64,000 bases of DNA from Trichoplax adhaerens (lineage: Eukaryota > Animalia > Placozoa). Below, in pieces: positions 44,901 through 57,021 of this stretch (within the stretch, counting starts at the first letter, position 1; every line of letters starts with the position of its first letter). The notes under the pieces are model-generated. The model searched no databases. It saw nothing but the letters and a program-made list of their open reading frames with translations, and was not told where the DNA came from. Position numbers and translations under genes: made by a program. Location: positions 412,886 to 476,885 of the forward strand of contig NW_002060955.1 of the NCBI RefSeq assembly GCF_000150275.1. The letters are read 5' to 3'.

Positions 44901-47900
44901 TGAACCAAATGAATCCACTGTAGAAAGACAAAATGATTTTTGCAGACGAGATTGACGAAAGTATTGTGTCCACGCTCTTCCATGCAAATTGAATCAATTC
45001 TAAAAGATAAAATCATGATTCTGCTTTTGGTATACTATCGTAGGAATGGTAGGGAAAAGTGTTAGTTTATATAGTCTAGTAGGAAGGAATCGAAATTTTG
45101 GAATAATAATTAGAATAATTAAATTAAATAATTAATCATCCCTCAATTTCTACTCTTAACAAGTACAGTGTTATACATATGTAAATTGTTACTTTTATTA
45201 AGTTGGAGATAAAAAAAAAAATCAGTTTTAAAGCATTTACGCAAGAGATGATTCAAATATTGGGTAGACATAAATAGAGATAGAGGACAATTATTTCCCA
45301 TCAAGTGAAATGAAAGTACATCAACTTAACTAGTAATTTATCTTAGTATGGGAAGATCTCGTTTTTTGCTGGTAATTCCCGTTATCATTAACATAGCTTT
45401 GAGTTATTAAATTCAATTTAAAAATGCAATACCGCCTTATGTAGTCAATGGTAGACCATGCTTTTATACTACTATTACAATGCTGTCTTATCTATTGATG
45501 TCAAGGAACTAAAAATATTAACAATTAAGTAACTTTTTATGCTACATAGCTTTACGCTATTGGATAGCATAATAAAGTATCTCAATTCTTTACTCTACTT
45601 CACTTTAGATTATATCTATTTTTATATTGGATATTACTTGTATAACATGGGATTTAGTTTATTTCGCACTTCTTACTTAATTAATCCACTTGTAAAGCAG
45701 TACTATTGTGGTTTTACTTTATTGGGTAGTATAACGACCTATTTCCATTGGCTATTCCAGTTCAGTCCATATTATATCTATTTTATATCGGATCTTACTG
45801 GTATATGAACATTGAATATTGGTTTCTTTTGCAGTTCTTACTTAATTAACTTGGAAAGGCAATACTGTAGTAGTTTTACTCTATTGGTTAGCATAACGAC
45901 ATATTTCCATTCGCTATTCTAGTTTTGCTCATATTATACTTATTCTTATTGTTATGAGATATGGCTATTTCCATTTGCTATTCTAGTTTTGCTTATATTA
46001 TATTTATTATTATTTTTATGAGATATTGCTTGCGTATGAATATTAGATACTGGCTTATTTCGCAGCTTTTACTTAATAAACTAGTAAAAATAACACTGTG
46101 GTAGCTACTATGGTATTCAATAAGACTGATTTTATTCTTTTCAGCACGAAACTGGTCAAGCGATGATGTTATCTTTTGGCTTGAATGGTCAATTGGTCTA
46201 CCGGAATATTCCAATATTTTTGAAGAAAAACGAATTAATGGTAGCCATTTACCAGCGTGAGTTATTGATATCGTATATATGTAGATAAAAATGGGAATAA
46301 ACGCGTATAGTACTTGTACATTGCTAGACTCTAAAAATTAAATAGTAGATATTTGTCGATCTGAAAACACCTCTTCATCATTTGGAACTTTCCTATAGGC
46401 TAGCTACAAATCATCATAGTATAATTACGTCGATATTGGGAATAAAAGATTTACATCATCGTCAAAAAATTACCCTTCGTGCTATGGATGTCGTTTTATT
46501 CGGACCACCATCAGGTAATTTTAAATTCAATTATGACAATAGTTATTGCACAAATATAAACTTTTCTTTAACAGTGAGTTATGTAAACCGCTCTATTAAA
46601 TAATAATTAATCGTATATGGGTATTATGTCTTCTTTACCATTAGGATCTAACCTAATTAAAGATGGTATTGTTACCATATCTCTCTTGGCAGTTATCATT
46701 GCAGTAATTTATTCTAATGTACAACAAAGAAAAGTTAGGAAACAAAGAGAGCGCATGCAAAAGATGTTAATGGATGTAGAATCTTTACAAGATGCTGAAA
46801 CGCGACATCGTGATACTTTAAACAAGTAAACTATTATCACAAAATCACTTTTTTTATATTAATAAATTAGTTGGTTTCTTGATGATATAAATTTCAAATA
46901 CCTAAGTAGTTATCTTGCTGTACTGATAATTTGTTCTATAGGCTTAATCAAGCTAATGAACAGCAGCAACATATTCTAGCTGAGAAGAGAAATATGGAAA
47001 ATCGCTTAAAAACCGAAGTAGATAACGCAAAGGTAATTTATCCTAGCCAATTTACCTTAAAGCAGAGTTTAGTGTGTACATCTTGTAACTGTTAGTTACG
47101 TAAGATAGTTAACGATGAAACTGTTTCCTTTTCAAAATATTGAAAAAACTTGGTAAAATGTATTAGCATATTTACATAAGATTACAATAATATGGGAAAG
47201 AAGTTTCGATATTAAGTACCGTTTTATTATACTCTATTCATGTAAAACGACTTTTATGTATATAAAAATTTATATTATCCTATCCTATTCCTACAATAGG
47301 CTGCATAATAATACTAAGATGTTTCATTTTAGGCGGAAGCAACACGGTTGAAAGAAGAACGAGAACATTCTGAAGAACATAAGGTTAAACTTATGCTTGC
47401 TGAAAAAGAACTGGAACAGGTATGATTAGCCATTTATACTAACTGTAAATCATAATTAATTTTATTGATCAAGATTATGAATAAAGTTTTCTGTTAAATT
47501 TCTCATAGCTACTTATGTTATTAACATTTTAAGTATTGATGTTGTTTAATAGGTTCGTGAAGCATTGGAAAATGTAGAGAAAGAACTGGAATGGAAATCA
47601 TGGAATGCTCCTGCTAGACTTAAAGAATTGCTGCGAAAAAGTTATGATATTGAAGAGCGTTATTATGACGGATTGGAAGCATCGACTAACCAACAACTCC
47701 AGCTAACTGTAGAAGAAGTAAGTGTCTGTTCTAGTTATTTCATTTGTAGAGATATAGTAAAGTTATCCCTACCGATGTCATTTTTACAGTACTACACCTA
47801 TGATATACAATTTTAAAATCAGTCAAGGCTGCCATTAGAGCATAGTGTAACTAGTACTAGTGTATTTGCCATTTTAGTAATGCTACTAATTAATTTTCAA

Positions 47901-49078
47901 CGATTCAACGATTAGTCCGAGAAAATACAAAAAATGTATAAAAAACGAATGGCACTACTTGGAACAGTGCGTGCTGTTCATGGCAATCAAATGAACGACA
48001 TTGAACGTAAAATATTATCTGCCAGGTATATTTAGCAATAATGATAACAATAGGATACGTAGATTATATGTATGTGTAGGTATAAGCCGTGCGTTATAAT
48101 TTCTAGAGTATCCTTCTATAAGTATTTATAAATGTGTAGATTATGAGCTTATCTTAAAGAATACCATTATACTTAACAATTAATTAATTTAGTATCGTCC
48201 TCATAATTAAGAATATCGCCTGTAAGAACGATAATGAGATGAGAACGATACATTGTATTGAGAAGGAGAGAACAATATTACCATAATGTTCTCATGTATT
48301 GTATTTGTATCGTTCTCATGAACGATAATAGTGCCTGTTTAATGGCAGATTATCTTATCAATAATGTATCTTAATTATAAAAATTTTTAGGAAAGCCTTG
48401 AATGACTACAAAATTTCTGTTGAAGAAAAATCGAAGCGATGGGATGAAATTGAGTTAATTTGTGGATTTCGCATCCGTGATGATTCAACCGTACTAGTTA
48501 AAGATCGCTTTAATGATTTTAACCGCTTATCGCAAAGTAAAGATAGCTATAGCAGCAAATATACTGATGACTATGTTGCAAAGTTACAATATGTAAATTC
48601 TGGCTCATTTAGCTCCGGTTCAAGTGGTGCTTCACAAAATGAATTGACAGATTTAGTAAAAGCTAAAACAGAGACTAAATTAGAGCGCGATAATGAAATA
48701 TATAAAAACGAAAAAAGTAAAGATTTATTGGCGGCGTCTCTACCACTAACATCTAGGGGCCATTCATCGAATACAGTAAATCGGCCAAACTCGGTAATCC
48801 ATGATGAAAAATTAGACCATCATAATCGTACCAGTCATTTACCACATTCAGGATCACAGGAATCATTTTTAATTTCTAGCAAACATAGACAGCCTGGACA
48901 GGGCAATGATACGCACAATGCTACAAATGATAATGGGAAATCATTAAAAAATAGACGCGTTAATAGTGTATTAGAAGATGATAATGAAAGTGTAAAGTCA
49001 TTCGCTACTGATAGTAGTACTTCAGAGAAAAAGAAAAAGAAAAAGAAGGGCTTTAATAAAATTTTTAAGTCATCATAG
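35901..49078 (+). CDS. STIM1: Stromal interaction molecule (STIM), ER Ca2+ sensor; 11 coding exons
   Basis: Exons 35901-36006 (signal peptide MANHLSFLCFLLAIVLMMASIVDC), 36572-36681 (EF-hand LDDDRSGNVDINE), 37258-37372, 46145-46256 and 46399-46514 (SAM, ending AMDVVLFGPP), 46645-46825 (TM), 46942-47032, 47333-47419, 47553-47717 (coiled coils), 47916-48025 and 48391-49078 (SOAR/CAD RWDEIELICGF; polybasic tail KKKKKKKGFNKIFKSS*). All junctions are GT-AG and in phase. The symbol is nominal; this probably predates the STIM1/STIM2 split. Confidence 0.95.
40575..41092. repeat. Tandem array, 114-bp unit, 4-5 copies, in the long STIM intron
   Basis: AA(T/C)CCTTAGC.ATGGCGTTTGATC at 40652, 40766, 40880 and 40994, with a partial copy at ~40575. 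Confidence 0.93.
42320..42940. repeat. Degenerate tandem repeat, ~80-90 bp unit, in the STIM intron
   Basis: CTTTAC(T/C)TT(C/T)GCTACCAGTAGAG...TCCATGATGGAA recurs at ~42641, 42728, 42815 and 42895, with older copies upstream. Confidence 0.8.
43740..44500. repeat. Degenerate tandem repeat, ~160-175 bp unit, in the STIM intron
   Basis: GCAGTGGATGATAGAATCATGACTTAGTGGGTA at ~43908 and ~44066; GACATTAGACT blocks recur further on. Confidence 0.7.
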
Positions 49079-50864
49079 TTGTTAACACTACAAACTATAT
49101 GTGATGAATATAACAATTTAAAGCGTACATCAATATATTTTGCAATAATTTGCTACTTGCTGATGTAAAGATTTTCGTCTTCTTTTTTTATATTTCCAAC
49201 TAATTCTATGACAGCAAATTATTGGCTAATCTTATAACGCGGTCACAATACTATCATTTATTGTTCATACTTGTAATCTTTATAATTATTTAAGTTATTA
49301 TCATTCATCACGTTATTTACTAACGCAAGTGGCACTTATCCACTATGATATTGTAACTAGGAGTAAGTTGTGCGCGTGATTGAGGTACTTTGTTGCTGAT
49401 ATAGGTATATCAGTTGCATTTTGTCGAGTTATTACCGTACCTGCGAAAACAACTCAAATTAAAATTGTTGTAATGGAAAATGAGACCTATTTAATAATTT
49501 ATGGTGACTAATTCTCAATGTACAATTTTGATTATTAGCTGTTACGCTATAAACATTTCACCAACACTTGTTAAGTATAGGTGCTTTATTTTAAGAAGAA
49601 AAAATATTGGTTTAACTAAAAGAACGGGTTAATTCAAAGATTTATTAGTTGTTTACTTCTTCATCCGTGACTGCACCATTTCACTTTGGTCAACGTTTAG
49701 ATATACAATTCCTATAATGTACTATAACTGAAAGTTATTGTTATATTGTACAAATGGCTTGCTATCAATCTTATTTGTTTCGTTACAAAGTTTAGACAAA
49801 TTAATTGCATCCTTTCTAGATTGTAACAAAAAAATTTTGCAAACTTCTTTTTGGTATACAATGAATTAATGGATTTAATTATCAATTTATAATTGAAATA
49901 ATTTTTAAGGTCTATTTTTTACACCTTTTGCTTAAGATGAAAATAAAAAATGGCCATAGTTTGCAACTGTTAATGAAAGTGCTTCAACCTCAAATTTGCT
50001 CCATTAATAATCACCGAAAAAATCCAATATTTTACGAATGTCAACTACTGCACGTTTGCAATGGTGCTTTTCTACTTAGAATTAAAGTGGACATAGAGCA
50101 TCTAGTTAAAACAGTAAAGCGCGCGTGTTGCTCGTGTATAACTGTTGCCAATTAATTGACTGTAAATACTGTACTGCACGGAAATTACACATGCTTTGCC
50201 GTATCATTGGCATTAGCCGTAAGGGGTTTGAAATTGCAAACAGAATAAAAATGAAAGATCATTAATTGTTAATAGTCTAATATTGCGTCAAGTTACACTG
50301 AAAGGACAAAAATTATCATCTCTTCTCTGAATGTATTACAATTATAAAACTTTCCACATAAAATTACACAACAGCTTTATTTGCTAAGATTGTATGACTG
50401 GATATTCAAACCGAACTAGGTACAATTGTTGTAAAAGTTAATTGTATTATATGTCATGTATAGTTAGCATTGGCGATATCGATACTATAGCATTGTTTGT
50501 TAGCCTAACCATAGTTTTCAATTTTTCATAAAAATATATCATTCAACAATTGACGAAAAAGTACTCAAGATATGAGTATATAATACCATTCATAATTTAG
50601 CATTTCATCAATTCATTCACGACTTTCAGGAAAAAGGAGTCAAAAATTATAAAATCAATAAGTTGTACTAACCATAAGTTGATAATATCCTAATAATTGT
50701 TGAACAAATCTTATGATATTGACAAAGACTACAATAAATTTAAAATTTTTAATTATTTTATTAGTAGAGTAATCTCTGAGATCAATTTTACCTATAATGG
50801 TAGAGAGCTCTCTATGCCAAATACGTATTACATGAAGTTAAAATCGTAATTGAAGATCATTTAT

Positions 50865-53800
50865 TTATTTTTTGCCTCTTCTAAAGAAATACTTTGGCGT
50901 TGACATATGGTAGTGATGATCCATACCAGAATAATGACCGTGAAAGACTTCACCAAATCTAGTTTAAACCATTCAACATGAGTTACTACACTAACAATGA
51001 CCACCCCAATACACGTTTTGGATTAAAGCAATATTTGTATACTGGATTATGTTATAAAAGTACTAGTTATACTACCTAGTAGGATATCTAGCATCAATTG
51101 GAACTTTCTTGCAATCATGAGTAGTTTCACTATTGTCTTCATAATTAGCGGAAGATGGTATTTCAAATTTGGCAGTTTGTACTTCGGTATCACTAATAAT
51201 ACCCCTGGAAATGCGGGCGTAACCCAGCCTATATCAAGAGAAAAGTTTAAATTGTTGATAAAAGTTGATACAGGAAATATTACTATCTATCAATTATATA
51301 GCTATCAATTATATAGCATTAAAGGTGAAATTATAGCTAAGTATAACTAATTTACTGCATACCTTATCAAATCTCGATAAAGAATATATAAGCACCATCT
51401 ATCATTGTCTGTCGAGTCAATATCCTGCATTTTATTAACGATAAATTTTAGTAAAGAAAATCGTAATATTTCCGGTATTATGATAGTAACGATTTTGTAT
51501 TATAGCGTTACATGAGTTTATTAGCAGTTAAATTAAGTAAGGCCTTACTTTCATCCTTCCAACCCTGGTTAGTTGTTGATAATCGCGATTGAATGGCGCT
51601 GATGTTACATAACCAAGAAATACGACAGGCAATTTACTATATAAAAATATGATAAATTCATGTAAGATCGTTTATTTACTCAATTCCGTTTAAAATATCG
51701 TCATGTAACAACCTTTTTCTCATAACTTGTGCAAGTTTTTCAGCTTGAAGTTTTCTATCCAAATCGTCTCTATAGGGTACGCAAAATCATTGCGGATCAC
51801 ATACATTGTAAACTAAATAATATTGTTATTTCCTTCATGACGTTACATTTCACGATAAAATAACAAATAGCGGACGGGAGTCAATTTTGACTTACCCATC
51901 ATTCCCCATATGAGTTACAACAATATCGACGAGATCGCCAGAAATATTCACAGTCGATCTTAAAGCTGGCGCTAATTCACCTAGTTTTGAATACAACGAA
52001 AACTCAATGTAATATCTACGCACATTATAATGTTTTTTAGAGTTCGAATGAGCATTACCTTGAGGTGATGGTAATAGAAAATGTTCAGAATTAACAATTG
52101 GATACTTTGATAACAGCATCGAGCTACAGAAGAAATTTCAATTCGAATATGAGCACATGCTGCAGTAGGACTTCATTAAAATTGGTTAATATTTAGATCT
52201 AACCCCCATGTATGATCTCGAGTTGCTGGACCATAGTCCACATACATCCCTAACTTTTCCCCTAAGAATACCCCTAGGTCGTTATTTCCAACAAATGGTC
52301 GGGCGCAATCACATTCCATTAAACCAACAAAGTCGGATCCTAGAGTTAGCAGCAATTAGGATTTGATCAGTTTATATGGTTCAAATACTATGCATGCGTC
52401 ATTGCGACTTTTATGAAAAGATTAATGAAGTAGTTTTGTATTTATAATTACACAAACCTGTATTATTAATCATGTCAACAATTCTGTCAAAGCTTTGCCA
52501 ACCATTATTGTCGAATCCATAACGTATATTCCATATCATAGCCGTAAATCTTTTTGGCTCATTCTGTATTAAAATTGAAGTGCAAAGTATTCATTTTTAA
52601 AATTGCGAATGCGAGGACATAGTTGGCACAAAAATCTCAACTTACTAATGAAGGTCTTTCGTAGGCGGTTGGGTTATACCTAGCTCCGAAACCAATTAGA
52701 GAGGCGATGAGGATTAGAAAAAGGCCTGAAAATGGTTCATGTGATTAGAAATTTGTTCACTTTTACTTGATTTTAGTTAATAGTCGATATCATTTAATGA
52801 ATACATTTATCTCAGATCACCTTTGTGAACGTTCTTATTAAAGGATGTCCAGGGAGATCGTTTGCCATCGTTTCCAACAAGACTTGGAAAAGCTGTACAG
52901 CTGTAGCTATTTCCACTCTTTTCTAGCAATGATGATGAGGCTATAGTAATGATACCACATTTTAATAAAATTATGGTTTAATATAACCAATATAACCAGC
53001 ATGGTATAATATTCAATAAAGAATTATATGTTTATAGGATATGTGTGTGTTTGTGTATTTACCTTGAGGATATTTGTAATGGATTATCGTTAAACCAATG
53101 CAGACCAGAATAGCAATGATTTTGTAATGGTAAGTTTCTCTGGTATATTCACCTCCTGGAACAAAGTTAAAAGCAATAGTCCAAACTGTGTATAGAACAA
53201 AACATAGATATGTAACCAGAGATAATCCATATGTCCGAGCTGGTGGGCACAGAGTTAATAAATCAAATAGGTATGGCCAAATAGAAAAGGCAAAAACTCC
53301 AAGAAGTAGTCCAGCACCAAAGGCAACATAGGTATAGGTCAGATATAGTCCGGTAAAAGCAGCACAACCTACAAGCCACCATAGCAAGGTGATACCAAAC
53401 CAAGCAAAGGAAGGTGAAGTTACGGGAGTGAACTTTGTTGAGAGGAGGACACCAATGGTTAAGGCCAAAAGTACCAAAGCCCTAAAATATATTAGAATGC
53501 CATTGATACTCAATATTCTTAAATGGATGCCGTAAATGGTTATAATGGCTACAACACTTAGTATTATCAACATAGAAATAAATTAATAGAAATCAAGTAT
53601 TTACCCCCATGGGTACGGCTGCGGTCCATGATCCGGATACGGACGTACACCCCATCGCGCAACTAGGGATGCTTCACTAAAGATCCAATGTATCAAATAT
53701 AGTAATGATCCATAGCCAAGAGAGACTAATGGCCAAAATGGTTTTCTCGAGTGCTACAGTATTACAGAGATTTACATTGCATTAATCAGTTTATAAGCAT

Positions 53801-55244
53801 AATTTAAAATTGTATTAGCATATATAACTTTTCTACAGCAAAAATAGTTCATTCCAAGTGTACTACTATTTTGGCGTCAGCTAACTTGGCATAACCGTGT
53901 CGTTATAATTATTAAATTACAAATTAAGCGTTATTAGAATCTAAAGACAGTCATTATCTAAACATTTTTATTAAAATTTCTTCACATTTTAGGTCTGCAA
54001 TCGACTATTGGATATTTTATCACGTACTTCAATTAGATGCAGCAATTGCTAGTGTTTACAAACTATCCGCTATACTGCCGTATCCAAAATTATTTTACTA
54101 TCACAGATCTAATATTAGTAATTTTTGTGAAATATTTTGTACTTTATATGCGATATTCACTTTAGGAGTAGTGGCTTTTGGGGCGGATCTATAAGTGTTA
54201 CTAACGTTGGATAGTTGCTATACATTTATTATATAAAATAATTTTTTGAAGTTCGCATGGATGCACCATATACCTTTAACGTATGGTCGACAGGGGGATT
54301 TACAGTCATTGTTGATCGTCGATCGAGGGTAGCTATAATTCCTAAGGCAATAATAACATTTCTTGCTGATGTATAAGCCAAAGCTGGAATGAGTGATTTA
54401 AAATAGACGCGTGAAGCATGCAAGGCTAGAAATCCTAATACTTTACCCCAAAAGGCTGCAGATCTGTAATTAATACGAGTAAACATTTACCAACGTAAGG
54501 AAAGCATGAAATACTTGTATTGATCAAGTTCAACAAAACAAGGTTACTTATTGGTATCGTTTTTTTATCTTTCAGTTCTACTGTAAGCTGATAAATTTGT
54601 TCTATCTATGCTATACTGAGTAACTGCTAGTAAGCAGATGACTTTTATAATTTGAGCCATGCATGCTATCGCTATCATCGTCACCAGTACCATCGCTTAC
54701 TGTACAGTACTATACCTATCAATAGCTGATTGCGCGTAGAATGATCCACAACTTGCAAGCATAGCAATTCCAGTACCGATGGAGAAAGCAATCAAACGTG
54801 ACAGTGTTGTTGGTGCTTCATATGATGTCAGTGCTAATATCATCATTAATCGTAGCACCATTAAGCCATTCAGAGAGTGTACAAGACGTCGAATTGGGCC
54901 CAAACCAACAAGAATAGGCGAGAATAAACATACAGCAAATGCTTCATAACCACTAATACCCAATACTTCTAACGGATAGAGCCAAATGGTAGGTGATATA
55001 CCTTGTAGAAAAGTCCACCATATATAACCTACCAGCGTAATACAACCGATGCATGAGATCCATTGCAAATGATGATGCAAAATTGAAAATTTTGCTAACA
55101 ACGAGCTACTACTGCATTCTACCTACGATGATACATATACAATTCTAGACATTTAGTGTATGAATAAGCTAAAGCCTGACCTAATATTGTTTCAGCTATT
55201 AAGCAACGACCAAAACTGGCCTTGACCACGGTCTCACTGCTCAT
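50865..55244 (-). CDS. CWH43: PGAP2-interacting protein / CWH43 C-terminal homolog (multi-TM plus endonuclease-exonuclease-phosphatase-like domain)
   Basis: [22 protein letters not shown]|[30 protein letters not shown], then [97 protein letters not shown], ending [17 protein letters not shown]. This matches the animal CWH43 architecture. Confidence 0.92.
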
Positions 55245-55549
55245 CGCTATGTGGCTAGTTGATAATGATGGCGTCTACGAGCAATTAATGGACGATGCAA
55301 GCGAAAAATGGAGGTTGCCAAGACAGCCAGCTATCCAATCAATCGAGCCCTAATCAGGTGGTCCACCAGCCGTGTCAAGATTACCCATGGTCCCAGCCGA
55401 GGCAGCCTTGTTTTTCAATATACTGTATCATACAGTGTTATGAATGATTAGCTACAGTATGGCCCGAATCGCTAGCCCCCGCAGCATGACTGGCAAGATT
55501 TGTGGCAACTGTGCCCTATCCAAGTATAGAGCTCTATACTAAAGCACAG

Positions 55550-56600
55550 AATTGTACCTTGTCTTTATTACAGTATAGGCATAATCACTTGCTTGCGCTG
55601 TATAACTCTCAAATCTTTCATCTGCTGCAAAATGCTAACCAGCTTGAGCTCTCACCTCAGCTATGCTGCATAGCTAAGCAAAGCCAAAGCAATCAGGATA
55701 TTCGTATGATGTTTATTATATGATGTAGAGTTTCTTAGCACACGTCAAGAAGATTAGTAAATAGGATCGCAGTAATACGGCTCCAATTGTCTGATTTGTT
55801 AATACTGATACATGTATGCTTCGAAAACACTTGCACTTAGAAGCGGTTGGTTACGATAGCTACAATCACGTATCATGCATATTATATATGAATTCCCTAA
55901 TAGCCAATCCATCAAGATGACGAGAGAGATCCTTCCTCTATTAGCTGTCGTTACATTATGCAGATCTTTTTGTTATGTACAGTAAAGGCACGACTTAAGT
56001 ATCAAAGCACTACCCGACTCATTGCATCCAGCTCATTGCTATAGAAGAATCCATATCTATATATGAGTAGATATTATTAATCTACATAAAGCCATGTACA
56101 GTAATAATAATATTTATTTATTTAAGGTTAGGGTTAGGTCCAGCCAGCACTGCACCACCTTTGCTCTTTACAGTATAGACACAATTGGTTACTTGCAGTC
56201 TATCGTCTACTACAAAACAAGCTTGGGCTCCAACCTCAGCTATGCAGCATAGCCAAGCAAAGCATTCAGGATACGCAACTCACTGATGTTTTTGTTATGT
56301 ATGAGCGCAACTTTATTACTCATTGCATCCAGTGCATTGCTATAGATAGAATACACATCTGATGTACGAGTATCAATCTACATAATGCCATGTTAGGCCA
56401 CAGTGTTGCATCTTGTTATGTGTTGTGTATATAAATATGCGTATGTTAAGGTCAATCCTGCATGTATACTCGTATGTCCAATTAGTTCTATCATGGTTGC
56501 AAAACTGTACAAAGCGCTATAGCGATCTATAATATGAGATCTTCCCTCTATTAATCACATCCTACTGCACTGAGCCTTAGTTACAGTATGAGCATAATCA
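55550..56600. repeat. Old degenerate direct duplication(s) between CWH43 and EPHX2
   Basis: CCTCAGCTATGC.GCATAGC.AAGCAAAGC at ~55655 and ~56234; ACTCATTGCATCCAG at ~56017 and ~56318. Confidence 0.65.
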
Positions 56601-57021
56601 CTGATCATAGTTGCATTTTTCACTAGCCTACGGCGAGTGCCATAGCTTGGCGCATCAGACTTTACCCTCCATAAACAATACTATCCATCATGTTATAACA
56701 TCGATGTCAGTGAGTATGTACGTGCGATATTTATAATTATAGAAGCGAAAGGGATTGTAAGCCAGTGCACTATCTTACGATGCTGTCTTGCGGATTTAAT
56801 CTAATCCATATCAAAGCATATTCGATAAATCAATATAAACTGGTATTTGCTAGCTTTATTATGATAGAATTAGTAGATAACCGGAGGTATGGCATTGCCG
56901 TGCGATTATAGATCTACTTTAAGCTTTAAAATTAAGCTTTAACAAACTTATTCGTTAAAAGTGCTATGTATAACAAGTGCTAATACTAGCTAATAAAAGA
57001 AATGGCAATAATTTGTTATAA

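Noticed and set aside
37373-46144. Nested gene or transposon in the long STIM intron
   Set aside because: Only short low-complexity ORFs; no transposase or reverse transcriptase motifs and no consistent exon chain found by eye.
48835-49116. 93-aa minus-strand ORF with poly-Phe
   Set aside because: Antisense of the STIM polylysine tail.
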